From Cyanophora paradoxa CCMP329 (taxonomy: Eukaryota > Plantae > Glaucophyta), in assembly GCA_004431415.1 (NCBI GenBank), contig QPMI01000535.1, positions 310,001 to 374,000 on the forward strand: a stretch of 64,000 nt of DNA, written 5' to 3'. This document shows positions 10,637 to 20,724 of the stretch, piece by piece. A program made the position numbers and the translations under genes. The notes under the pieces are model-generated. The model worked only from the letters and a program-made list of their open reading frames with translations, was not told the origin of the DNA and made no database searches. How positions within the stretch are numbered: position 1 is the first letter of the stretch; every line of letters begins with the position of its first letter.

Positions 10637-10777
10637 ATGCCCGACCCTGATCTCTACGCGATCCTATACAGGAAACGCGCGCAAAATGCACTGGAAGCCG
10701 CTATTAAAAAACGTAGAGAAGAGCTCGCTTCGGTCACAAAAAATGACAGCTCAGAAAATGATTTAAAGAAGAAATAG
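10637..10777 (+). CDS. 46-aa basic helical peptide (below ORF-track cutoff)
   Basis: Hand translation MPDPDLYAILYRKRAQNALEAAIKKRREEL...; fills an intergenic gap. Confidence 0.35.
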   Translation: MPDPDLYAILYRKRAQNALEAAIKKRREELASVTKNDSSENDLKKK

Positions 10778-10826
10778 CAAAGACCACTGATAAAAATATT
10801 TTCTCAGCTTAAAGTAAGGTAAACCA

Positions 10827-11048
10827 ATGGAGACGCATGCTATGACTGTGTATGATAAGAACGGGAACCCGGTAGATCTCGATAAGGCGGGCTGGCGTGT
10901 CAGGGATATATATAAACAGCGGATGCGCTATAACGACGATCCCGAATATCGCGAATTAAAAAAGAAAAAGGCGCTGGAATATTACTACCGTCGCAAGCAA
11001 GAAGAGGGCATTCACAGTGGAAACCGCGGGCGACCCCGCAAGTATTAA
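10827..11048 (+). CDS. Small basic putative DNA-binding protein with AT-hook
   Basis: RYNDDPEYR shared with 58226..58501; C-terminal RGRPRK. Confidence 0.7.
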   Translation: METHAMTVYDKNGNPVDLDKAGWRVRDIYKQRMRYNDDPEYRELKKKKALEYYYRRKQEEGIHSGNRGRPRKY

Positions 11049-11230
11049 ACGCAATCCGCCGCTGAATCCATTCCTTATTTTTCAAGCGGCTTTCCGATGC
11101 ATATCGGCAAGCTCCCCAATCGTTTTTAGTCATCGGGAAAAAATTTGTAGGGCATTTAAAGACAACTCGCCAAAATTTGATCAGCCTAAGAAAAATTAAT
11201 TTCTTGCATTAAGGTAGAAAGACATCGAAA

Positions 11231-13645
11231 ATGGCGAAGATGACATCGAAACAAAAGACTTTACTCCAAGAGCTCGCTGATTGGCTGCGTGGCGATGAGA
11301 CCTTGTCGAAAAACACGATTATTCCCATGAAAGACGAGGTTAAAAAGCCCGCCTACACCCATAAAGGCGGTGTTTGGAACTGGGGAAGATACGACGAAGC
11401 CTTTGCTTCCAACGAGTTCACTAATTGGGGCATTCTGCTGTCGAATTCGATGATGGTCGTTGATTTCGACGATGAGGAAACGTATCAGAAATTCGTTGAG
11501 ATGTTTCCCGATGATTTCGATGCCCATCAGCCGCTCGAAAAGACTCGAAAGGGCTACCATGTATTCTTTCGACGCCCTGATGAGTTCGATAAGCTGAAAA
11601 TCACAGATAGCGCGCCGGCTTTTAAGGGATACAAGAAGGTCGACCTCAAAACCATCACTGGCACTGGCACTGCGGGACTTCTCAATGTATGCCCAAGCCC
11701 TAATAAGACCTGGGTAATTAAGCCGTGGGCATCGTCGTGCAAGTTTAATGAGCCCTCCGACGCTTTCCGTAAATGGATTATCGAGAACTACGATTACAAG
11801 CATGCCAATAATCCACAGCCGAAAGCGGGAAATTCGAGCAAGGATAATACCGAAGCTGCTATTATTGCCGGACTGTGTGGCATGGGGTTCCTATTCCCAA
11901 ACATCTATGCACGCCGCGATGAGGGCTTTGACTTTAATTCGGCTAACAAGGGGTTCCTGTGTCCCTGCTGCGATGAATCCCACGATTCCAATAACTGGTG
12001 GGTGAAGAAAAAGCGAGATGGCAAGTATAATGAGTATATTGTGAAGAGTTACAGCGAGAACTGCAAGCCGAAAGAGTTCTCGGTTAACATAGAGCTGACC
12101 GAGGAAGAGAAACACCATTTAGAAATTAACACTCTCATTGACAAGACCGTTTCAGTTGAAGGTGCCCATTATCCTGTTGCAATCATCTGCGCCAAGATCC
12201 TGAAAGCGACCACAAAATATTCAAATGATGTCTGGTTTAACCTTAACCCCAAAAATGGTATCTGGAAATATGACAAAACGGACAAGTCGATACTCTCTAA
12301 GATCCCCGAGCATGTGGCACAGTGGTTCTTTAAGAGGGCGGGCTATCATCTTTCCAATGCTGTTAGTGCAAGTGGAGATGATCTTGTGAAGGAAAAGGCT
12401 GAGAAAAGCGCCCATATGTTGCTGGCAATTCACAAGAGGATTCAGAATACACCGTATCAAAAGTCGCTGGAACCGCATATTATCACACAGCTGCAAGACG
12501 ATGACTTTATGGCGACTCTGGACACAGTTCCCAATATTGTGGGGTTTACTAATGGCGTGTTTGATTTAAATAATATGACTTTCCGCAAGGGGACGACGGA
12601 AGATATGGTGAGCAAGACTGTCGGCTTTGATTACTGCGAGGAAGTTGATGAGGCAAAGGTTAAAAGGCTGAAAGACATTTATTTGGATATCTGTGGCGGA
12701 GATATGGAACTCTACAACTACCTGATCAGCCTCTATGCATATGCACTCACAGGTAAAACCGACCTGCAAACGTTCTATCTATTCACAGGTGTCGGTGCTA
12801 ATGGAAAGAGTGTGATTGAAACGTTTATGCAAGAGACATTCGGTGATTATGCTCGCCCGATTAGCATTACTTTGCTCACACAAGTCCACAAAGCAAATAG
12901 CCCGATTCCCGAGCTTGCTAATAAGCAAGGTGTCCGGCTCACCCATGCAAACGAACCTAATGATGGCGACAAGCTTCTATGCGGTATGATGAAGACACTG
13001 ACAGGTGGCGAGCTCTGCACAGCCCGAGGACTTTTCAAGGATCCTATTGATTTCAAGCCTCGGTTTACTATGGTGATCCTGTGCAACAATAATCTGGAAA
13101 TCGAAAAGCCCGACAAAGCTATTAAGCGTCGGTTCCGATCGATCCCATTCCGCTCTGTTTACTCACCTAATCCCAAAGCCGGAGAGAAGAAAGCGGACGA
13201 AACCCTCATGGAAATGTTTGAGGGCGACGAGAAAAATGAATACAAGCGGGCAAATATTCAGATTCTCATCGATATGCTCGCTACTGGCAAAGTTAAAGAG
13301 ATCCTGCAAAACCCGCCGCAATCTGTCATCGAGCATAGCGCCAAATATCTCGACGACAGCGATAAGCTGGGTTCCTATCTGCGCGAAAATTACAAGCTGT
13401 CAGAGGAAAAGGGCGCCCATGTTGCCTGTGATGAGGTATTCAAAGCTTGCGCGGAAATGATGCGAAGCTACGATATCAAGACAAAGGTTACCACTCGCAC
13501 TATCAGTAACAAAGTGCTCGAAACATTCAAAATTGAATCGACTGTGACTACAATTAAAGGGAAGTCGAAGCGAGTTTATAAGGGGCTCACTAAGATCGCC
13601 AAGACACAGTTTGAAGACGAAGATGAGGATGATATAGAAGCGTAA
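11231..13645 (+). CDS. Prim-pol (AEP) primase fused to D5-like SF3 helicase
   Basis: VVDFD and TRKGYHVFF (prim-pol); CPCC..H Zn knuckle; D5_N GFTNGVFDL; Walker A GVGANGKS; ANE; motif C LCNN; RRFR. Confidence 0.92.
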   Translation: MAKMTSKQKTLLQELADWLRGDETLSKNTIIPMKDEVKKPAYTHKGGVWNWGRYDEAFASNEFTNWGILLSNSMMVVDFDDEETYQKFVEMFPDDFDAHQPLEKTRKGYHVFFRRPDEFDKLKITDSAPAFKGYKKVDLKTITGTGTAGLLNVCPSPNKTWVIKPWASSCKFNEPSDAFRKWIIENYDYKHANNPQPKAGNSSKDNTEAAIIAGLCGMGFLFPNIYARRDEGFDFNSANKGFLCPCCDESHDSNNWWVKKKRDGKYNEYIVKSYSENCKPKEFSVNIELTEEEKHHLEINTLIDKTVSVEGAHYPVAIICAKILKATTKYSNDVWFNLNPKNGIWKYDKTDKSILSKIPEHVAQWFFKRAGYHLSNAVSASGDDLVKEKAEKSAHMLLAIHKRIQNTPYQKSLEPHIITQLQDDDFMATLDTVPNIVGFTNGVFDLNNMTFRKGTTEDMVSKTVGFDYCEEVDEAKVKRLKDIYLDICGGDMELYNYLISLYAYALTGKTDLQTFYLFTGVGANGKSVIETFMQETFGDYARPISITLLTQVHKANSPIPELANKQGVRLTHANEPNDGDKLLCGMMKTLTGGELCTARGLFKDPIDFKPRFTMVILCNNNLEIEKPDKAIKRRFRSIPFRSVYSPNPKAGEKKADETLMEMFEGDEKNEYKRANIQILIDMLATGKVKEILQNPPQSVIEHSAKYLDDSDKLGSYLRENYKLSEEKGAHVACDEVFKACAEMMRSYDIKTKVTTRTISNKVLETFKIESTVTTIKGKSKRVYKGLTKIAKTQFEDEDEDDIEA

Positions 13646-13683
13646 ACGACATCCAAACAATCATTAACTACATCATTTTTTAG

Positions 13684-13932
13684 TAACTACGCAACTACAT
13701 AGCGAAGCTACGCAATTTAATACCGGCAACTACGCATTTAATACCAAAACTACGCAACTACGCAACTTTCAGAAAAAGTTTGAAACTCGGGGCGGGAAAA
13801 ATTTTGAAAAGCGCAAAAGTTGCGTAGTTGCGTAGTTTTGGTATTAATTGCGTAGTTTTGGTTTCAAGTTGCGTAGTGTTTCAAGGAAAGTCAAGTAGTT
13901 TCATGTAGTTTATCATATTAATTAAGTAGTTT
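13684..13932. promoter_or_regulatory. Iteron palindrome (AACTACGC arrays in inverted orientation), putative replication origin
   Basis: Multiple AACTACGC, a ~45-bp spacer, then multiple GCGTAGTT, immediately downstream of the primase-helicase stop. Confidence 0.65.
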
Positions 13933-14019
13933 ATTATTTTGTATACTATATATCGTGCCATTCTCAAAATTTGACAAAGGTATATAAGCCTTTCTCTGAT
14001 TGTATATACTGACAACACA

Positions 14020-14256
14020 ATGACCGCTATCAGACCTACCTATACGCATGTCCTGACTGCGGACGAGATCACCCAAACCGCGACCATGGATATTGAAGCC
14101 ACACAGGATCTTTTCAGGCGAATATTCGGTTACTACCCGAATTGCCGCGGTAAAAAGACAAAAACCCATGTTATCAAATCTGACACTATGCAACTGACAA
14201 TAGAGCTGCCCGAAAACGTAAGACTAACGGTAAGAAGTGTCACAAAGCTAACTTAG
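14020..14256 (+). CDS. Hypothetical protein
   Basis: 78-aa ATG ORF preceded by the CAAAATTTGA motif seen before other element genes. Confidence 0.5.
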   Translation: MTAIRPTYTHVLTADEITQTATMDIEATQDLFRRIFGYYPNCRGKKTKTHVIKSDTMQLTIELPENVRLTVRSVTKLT

Positions 14257-14266
14257 GCACTTGCAA

Positions 14267-14761
14267 TTAATGGTATTGTTGCAAACTCTCAATACGACAA
14301 ACTGGACAGGAAAAACGTTGTTTATAAGTCATTTCGGATATGCAAGATTCACACACAGAACTATTACACTGCGCACAAGCTAAATCTTCCGTTTTTATAA
14401 CCTCTAAACAAATCACACACTTAACTTCCCCATCTTGTTTTTTAGAAAAGCCCGATATAACATTTTGTATTACCTCAATGCATTTCTCTTTCGTAATGTC
14501 AAGTGGTATTAACATTTTATATCCTTTGTAAACCAATGCGCATATGTGCTGCCTACGAGGATGGTAAAACTGGGAAGCCATATTAAGATGTAAAAACATG
14601 TCCTGATGTTTACGCGTTTGTGATATAACAAAGATTACCTTCTTACGGGCATTCTTCTTTTCCCATTTGAGATAGTTCTTGTCTGTGCATTCTTTTGTTG
14701 CTTCTGTTACGGGAATATTTGTAAGTGTCTTACAATATTCTATTATCTCTTGGGTATTCAT
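14267..14761 (-). CDS. RING-finger protein (putative E3 ligase)
   Basis: CVIC...CAQC....CESC...CPVCR at the C-terminus. Confidence 0.8.
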   Translation of the reverse strand: MNTQEIIEYCKTLTNIPVTEATKECTDKNYLKWEKKNARKKVIFVISQTRKHQDMFLHLNMASQFYHPRRQHICALVYKGYKMLIPLDITKEKCIEVIQNVISGFSKKQDGEVKCVICLEVIKTEDLACAQCNSSVCESCISEMTYKQRFSCPVCRIESLQQYH

Positions 14762-14892
14762 TGTGTTTCTCTATATCTGATACACATAAAATGTTTTCCT
14801 CCGTGTCATTTTTTGAGATGTCCTTAAATATGTTTCCACATTTTTTGAACGCGTCCTTTCCCCGAAATTAAAATGTTCCCTTAGAGTAAAAG

Positions 14893-17800
14893 ATGCCCCG
14901 CCAAACTAATCGCCTTATAAAAGAGAAAAAGGACGAAATATTAGGCTTGTTAGGTAGTCTTTTAGTCACTGGGGAGATCACCGAAGCCGAATATGATCGT
15001 AGGGCGGCGATCTTAGATCGAAAACCCCGCTTAGCTAACCTTGCGAATATTGCCGACGAGCTTTACAATCGCCTGGAAAATGTGGAGCGCTTCTATACCG
15101 AAGGGAGGCGCTTAGCCGTCATAGAACCCGATGAGGAAGACGGTTTCGCAATGAATAAAGCGTATGCCTGGTATAGCTATAAGGCGGATGAACAGATAAT
15201 CTTAGATCCGGTGGAATTTCTCACTACCATCGCTGCAAACCTGCCTGGGCGGCTGAAAGAACGGCTGGACGAGCTTAAAGCTATTAAGGTGCGCCTTACT
15301 TTCATCTGCCGATACGTAAAAGTGAGTGATCCTAACGTTTTTATCACTAAACACATTTATAGCGATTATTTCGTAATCACAAGGTCGCGCAATATTCTCA
15401 CTGAGTTAGTGGGTGTAGCTCAGCAAATGAATGAACAGATGATACAGGTCGACAGCTACCGGCTAAGTAAATTAGATAAGCTACATGTCGCCGTTTTGTC
15501 GTATGCGCCGATGGGCGGTTGCTACATTGAGACCCCCGAATGGATTGGATTAAAGCGAGCCACAGTAAATATTAAGAATATCGATGGTCACGACTGTTTT
15601 AATTACGCTATCCTCGCATGGCTGCACAGAAACGACATAAACAGACACAAACGTAATGATCCGTTCCAATATAGGCGGTGGATGACTGAACTCGACTTCT
15701 CAGGCATTAATTTCCCGGTGGCTTGCGATGCTGCATTAATAGATCGTTTCGAGGACAATAATCCCGAGCTGTCAATTAATATATATGGCGCCGACAATGC
15801 GACCCAAACCTTTTACCCACTGCACATGTCAAGTAATCCGCGTCGTAAATCGAAGGTAAACCTGCTGCTGATCGAGGACGCAAACGGACAGGGTCACTAT
15901 ATTACGATCATGTCACTGAGCCGCCTATTAAAGACCACCTTTGATAAAGCAAACGACGGGCGCATTTTCTACTGCGAAACCTGTTTGTCCCGGTTTAGAT
16001 CACAGGAGAAACTCGATAGCCACACCGACTCTAATCGCTGTATCGATTGGCGGCTGAGTAAAGGTAAATGCCCGGAACCCGGAAGCTTTATTACTTTCGG
16101 ACTGCAACACCTAAGGAAAATGGTGTGGCTGCCCACTGTCTGCTACTGCAAGGTAGAGATGGAGTCGGTGCCGGTTCTTAATGAACCAAATAGAACTAAG
16201 CGAGAGGTAAAGTCGGTGGCACTCAATGTAGTTATGGGCTCGCATGTTGAAAATCACGAATTCGAGGGCGTGGATCCACTGGGACAGATGTTTACCACGT
16301 TAGGGGAACTGTGCCGCGAGATGCTTAATACCCTATTTACTAATACACCTATGATTCCGCTCACAGAGGCGCAAAAGCAAGCCTATAAGCTCACCAAGCA
16401 CTGCTATATATGCAATCAGCGGTTTACCCACGAAAACTTCCCTGTGCGCGATCACTGTCACCAAAGCGGCGATTATATAGGAAAAGCTTGCCGAAAATGC
16501 AATTTACATAGGAGGATCTCAAAGCAAACGAAAGTAGCCGTGGTAATTGATCGGATGGACGAGTGCGGACATGCTATATTCAGGAAAATCGCACAGCAAG
16601 ACGACAAGCTGCGGGTCGAGATCCTAAGTAAGAATTTCGACGAGTATCTCTCTTTACAGTGGGGACTTTACAAATTCATAGACGCCTCGAATTTCATGGA
16701 TTTTCAGGCGTCCGATGTTAATGATCTCATGGTAAAATTCGGTAAATTCAGTATGCTCGCCCATGAGCAATACGGACTGGATCCCACGCATTATGTGAGC
16801 GCACCGGGACTATCGTGGGACGCGATGTTAAAGCATACGAGGGTCGCGATAGAACAGATCAGCGATGCGGATCACTACGAATTTATTGAGCGGGCAATTA
16901 GGGGCGGCTTTGCGACCATGCCCACACGATATGCCGAGGCTAATAGCGAGGATAAACATATAGTGCTATTGGATGCGAATAATCTGTATGGCTATGCGCT
17001 CAGTCAGCCTTTACCGGTCGGGGACTATCGCTGGGACGACACAAGCACAGCTTTTACCGAGGTCGTAGGGCGGAGTGCATTTATAGAGGTCGACCTTGCG
17101 TATCCGGACTATTTAAAGGCTGACCATCGCGATTTCCCGCTGATCGTGAGTAAAGAGGTAATTACTGCGGACATGCTCGGCAAATATCAGCGTGGGCTTT
17201 TGGAGATTAGCGGCGAGAAGCTCAGTAAAGATCCGAAGCTGATCGCCTCGTTTACTCCGAAATATAATTACGTGGTCTCTCAGCCGATGCTGCTCTATAT
17301 GGTAAAAAAGGGGATCGTAGTTACTAAGATTCACCGCGTGCTTTCGTTTGCAACCGCTGCATTTATGAAGCCCTATATAGATCTAAACACGAAACTGCGC
17401 AAGGAAGCCCGGAATAAATTCGAGAGCGACTTCTTTAAATTGATGAATAATGCTATTTACGGTAAATGTCTGGAATCGTGTCGCGGGCGCTCCGTGGTAA
17501 AGATCGCGAATAGCACGAAGCTGTTTAAGAAATATGCGGCGAGCCCACTGGTAAAAGCGACGAATGTATTAAACGAGACTGCGGTCGCATTCGAAATGTA
17601 TAGTAAACACGTAAAACTCGATAAACCGGTCGCTATTGGCGCTTATGTGCTGGATGCCGCGAAGCTGCATAATTATAGCTTCTTTTACGACGTGATCCGA
17701 CCGACTTTCTCGCAAGCTCAGCTGCTGTTCCACGATACCGATTCGTTCTGTCTGTATATAGAGAGCGCGGATCTGGAAGCGGGCATGCGAGCGATCAGCC

Positions 17801-18156
17801 CTCATTTAGATTGCCCTTATAGTCCCGAGAACCGGATGGTTCCCGGTAAATATAAAAATGAGATGCCCGACGTCAAGATAGTGGAGTATGTGGGACTGCG
17901 ACCGAAACTATATGCTTTCCGCACCGAGAGCTTTGACAAAGTGAAAATGAGCGGGACAGCCTCGAAAGAGGTGCATTTCGACGACTTTAAGCGCTGCCTA
18001 TTTGACGGGATCACAAAAACAGTAACAGTAGTAAACAAGCAACGGCGATGCCACCACTTATATGATTTGGAGAGCAAGCGGATAGCGCTGACCCAATTCG
18101 ATAGCAAGCGCTGCATATCAGGCGACGGCATACATAGCCTTCCATTCGGCTGTTAG
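14893..18156 (+). CDS. polB: Polinton-type protein-primed family B DNA polymerase
   Basis: Motifs LLDANNLYG, KLMNNAIYGK, HDTDS, RPKLY; Zn finger CETC; endonuclease VII-like CYIC..RDHCH...CRKCN; vOTU-like DCF...GHY. Confidence 0.93.
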   Translation: MPRQTNRLIKEKKDEILGLLGSLLVTGEITEAEYDRRAAILDRKPRLANLANIADELYNRLENVERFYTEGRRLAVIEPDEEDGFAMNKAYAWYSYKADEQIILDPVEFLTTIAANLPGRLKERLDELKAIKVRLTFICRYVKVSDPNVFITKHIYSDYFVITRSRNILTELVGVAQQMNEQMIQVDSYRLSKLDKLHVAVLSYAPMGGCYIETPEWIGLKRATVNIKNIDGHDCFNYAILAWLHRNDINRHKRNDPFQYRRWMTELDFSGINFPVACDAALIDRFEDNNPELSINIYGADNATQTFYPLHMSSNPRRKSKVNLLLIEDANGQGHYITIMSLSRLLKTTFDKANDGRIFYCETCLSRFRSQEKLDSHTDSNRCIDWRLSKGKCPEPGSFITFGLQHLRKMVWLPTVCYCKVEMESVPVLNEPNRTKREVKSVALNVVMGSHVENHEFEGVDPLGQMFTTLGELCREMLNTLFTNTPMIPLTEAQKQAYKLTKHCYICNQRFTHENFPVRDHCHQSGDYIGKACRKCNLHRRISKQTKVAVVIDRMDECGHAIFRKIAQQDDKLRVEILSKNFDEYLSLQWGLYKFIDASNFMDFQASDVNDLMVKFGKFSMLAHEQYGLDPTHYVSAPGLSWDAMLKHTRVAIEQISDADHYEFIERAIRGGFATMPTRYAEANSEDKHIVLLDANNLYGYALSQPLPVGDYRWDDTSTAFTEVVGRSAFIEVDLAYPDYLKADHRDFPLIVSKEVITADMLGKYQRGLLEISGEKLSKDPKLIASFTPKYNYVVSQPMLLYMVKKGIVVTKIHRVLSFATAAFMKPYIDLNTKLRKEARNKFESDFFKLMNNAIYGKCLESCRGRSVVKIANSTKLFKKYAASPLVKATNVLNETAVAFEMYSKHVKLDKPVAIGAYVLDAAKLHNYSFFYDVIRPTFSQAQLLFHDTDSFCLYIESADLEAGMRAISPHLDCPYSPENRMVPGKYKNEMPDVKIVEYVGLRPKLYAFRTESFDKVKMSGTASKEVHFDDFKRCLFDGITKTVTVVNKQRRCHHLYDLESKRIALTQFDSKRCISGDGIHSLPFGC

Positions 18157-18561
18157 TCGTCTATCTTATCGTGCGTTCTTTTTCTTGGTTTGCGCTCTAA
18201 TTGAAGGAGCTGTCGCCTTAGGATATGTAAAAGCCATATGCACTTTAATCCGGGGTCGTCAGGGTCGATTAGGAAGTAATTGGGGATCGGGTGCGCGTCC
18301 CATATCGGGGCGTCCATTTTACTGTTTACTGCACGTTTTTATTGCGCGTTTTGCGGTGTTTATTGTCAGGATTTTCATTAATTATTAAAATCTCGACAAT
18401 AAACGCTCAGGTAGCCTGATTTTATTGACAGTAAACGTGAGAGTCTCACCACGATCGCTGTAAAAATTGAAAGCCCGTGGGCAACGCAAAATGATTTAAG
18501 GAGAACGCGCTACATTTAGGCAACAGGAAAATATTTTCTCAGGTTAAAGTAAAAGGCGACA

Positions 18562-19218
18562 ATGGACAACGCAATTGAAGGCGACGAACGTCAGCGCCAC
18601 CGATCGATAATGAGCATTCTAAAAGAAGGCAACCCTGTATTCGCTACCTTTCTTGGTCTGAATGATGAACAAATGAATACGATTATCCGTCTTGTTAGTC
18701 TGATGGATATTCAAAACATACTTTTCTCCGTGATCGGCTATTTTCCTGCAAACCCCAATAGAATGTATGGGAAAATGGTCGACAATCGCTTTTTCTGGTT
18801 TACGTATCCGGAAATACCGCACGAGGAGAGAAGGGAGTTATTCGAAGAAGACCCCAACGTAATTGCTGCCGATTTTGTGGAAGTGATCGACCCTGTTAAA
18901 GTATTTGAAGGATCTGGATTAGATGCGAATTCAGGCGATCTTCTATTCGCACTGATTCATGCTCAGGCTCAGAAGTCAGAAAAGAGGCGTGAGCGTGAAC
19001 GTCAGGAAGCGATGCGGCGCGTTTATTTAGATGTGCCGCGGAGAGACCTTTCACAGTCCTATCCTAAATTCGAAGCGCATGGATTAACTATTAAATCTCG
19101 GGCGACCTTGCGCAAATTCTTAAAGGAAAACGGGGCATCGTGGGACAAGCATAATGGGTGGTTTACATACGATAGAAACAGCATCGTTGTTAAGATCTTC
19201 CGCCCTGATTTACCGTAA
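18562..19218 (+). CDS. Hypothetical protein, C-terminal DUF5710-like motif
   Basis: VYLDVP...LKENGASWDK..GW; preceded by element promoter-like motifs. Confidence 0.6.
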   Translation: MDNAIEGDERQRHRSIMSILKEGNPVFATFLGLNDEQMNTIIRLVSLMDIQNILFSVIGYFPANPNRMYGKMVDNRFFWFTYPEIPHEERRELFEEDPNVIAADFVEVIDPVKVFEGSGLDANSGDLLFALIHAQAQKSEKRRERERQEAMRRVYLDVPRRDLSQSYPKFEAHGLTIKSRATLRKFLKENGASWDKHNGWFTYDRNSIVVKIFRPDLP

Positions 19219-19290
19219 ACAAACAATACCTTTTCTTGTCGCGTGCGAGTAAAATGTTACATTGATCTTTTTTATTGTCTGATGACAAGG

Positions 19291-20724
19291 ATGTCAAGAC
19301 CGCCCATAGTAAGACGATCGCAAGATTTAGAGGGGAGCACATTGCCGATCCCCGTGCCGAAAGAGAATAAAGAGAGCCGCATAGTAAAGCGGTCTGATTT
19401 AAAGGCTTTGGTGCCCCGCGATGTGCCCGTAGCCCTTGCTGTCCCGGAGGAATCGAAAATTGCCCGGAAGTTTTACAGCCCGCAAACCGGTTTCAAAGGG
19501 ATCACTAAGCTACGGCAAGAGCTGCCCGACGAGAATTATAAGAAATTGCAAGAGTGGTATAGCCGGCAAGAGGTCGTTCAGATTAATGCGCCGCACCTAT
19601 CCCGCAAACGAGACCCTGCTATACCGATCCGACAGCCTCTCGATACCTACGTAATTGATCTGCTATTCTTTCCGGCGTATGCTAAGTATAACGACGGCTA
19701 CCAAGCATTTTTAACAGGGATGGAGAACACGTTGCGCGTCGGATATATTATACCGATGCGGGATAAGTCCGCGGCGTCGACCTTAGCCGCCTTTATACAG
19801 CTGCAAAATAAGGCGCCGAGACCAATTTTTAAGATTCAAAGCGACCGCGGCTCAGAATTCACTAATAGCCTGTTAAGAGAATATTTCGAGAATCAGTTTA
19901 TCGAGCATCAGATTGCGGACACAGCCGACCATCGCGCGCAAGGGCGCATAGAAGCATTTAACAAGCAAATGCGGCGGCTGATCACGAGCTACTGCATCGC
20001 GAATAATACGGCTCGATTTATAGATGTCCTGCCCGAGCTGGAATATAATTATAATAATACGGTGCACTCTGCGACCGGCTATATGCCTGCCGAGACCAAC
20101 GAGAGTCACTATAAGCTTATAGTGCAAAAAGAAGATGCGAAATTCAAGAAATCGATAGCTTATTTGGATCAGATTCAGCCGGGCATGTCAGTAAGGCTAC
20201 GGATCGAGAAGACGCCATTCGCTAAGGGCGGTAACAATTGGAGCCGGATCGTCTATACTGTCGCCGGGCGCGAGGGCTATAAGTTTATGCTAACTGATCC
20301 GGACGGCAATCGCGTAGAGGGTCGCTTTGCATTTCACGAGCTATTCCCAGTCCAAGCTGTGGATTACCTAATGGCGCCCACAGTAGACGCATTAGAAGCG
20401 GCAAAGGACGAGGCGCGCGTCGATGCGCAATTGCGTAGAGAGGGCATAGAAGCCGCCGCGACTGTGCCGCAAGGCACTCTATTAGAAGATCGCGTGCAAA
20501 AAGAGAAACGCGTAAATAAAGAATTACAGCGGCTAGTAACAGCCGCCGAGCCTAAGCTATCCGGCGGCGTGAATAGCCAACGATGGTATAAGTCGTTCTC
20601 TAATCAAACTGAGAGCTATAAAGCGCCGGAAACCAAAGCTACATTAAGAAGTAGTAGAAAAGTAGCAACGGTAGCGCCGGTAGCTAATGGCGATCGAAAA
20701 GCGACTTTGAGACCACGAAAGTAG
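19291..20724 (+). CDS. int: Retroviral-like (rve) DDE integrase
   Basis: YVIDL, IQSDRGSEF, GRIEAFN, YNNTVHSATG, F.KG...NWS. Confidence 0.93.
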   Translation: MSRPPIVRRSQDLEGSTLPIPVPKENKESRIVKRSDLKALVPRDVPVALAVPEESKIARKFYSPQTGFKGITKLRQELPDENYKKLQEWYSRQEVVQINAPHLSRKRDPAIPIRQPLDTYVIDLLFFPAYAKYNDGYQAFLTGMENTLRVGYIIPMRDKSAASTLAAFIQLQNKAPRPIFKIQSDRGSEFTNSLLREYFENQFIEHQIADTADHRAQGRIEAFNKQMRRLITSYCIANNTARFIDVLPELEYNYNNTVHSATGYMPAETNESHYKLIVQKEDAKFKKSIAYLDQIQPGMSVRLRIEKTPFAKGGNNWSRIVYTVAGREGYKFMLTDPDGNRVEGRFAFHELFPVQAVDYLMAPTVDALEAAKDEARVDAQLRREGIEAAATVPQGTLLEDRVQKEKRVNKELQRLVTAAEPKLSGGVNSQRWYKSFSNQTESYKAPETKATLRSSRKVATVAPVANGDRKATLRPRK

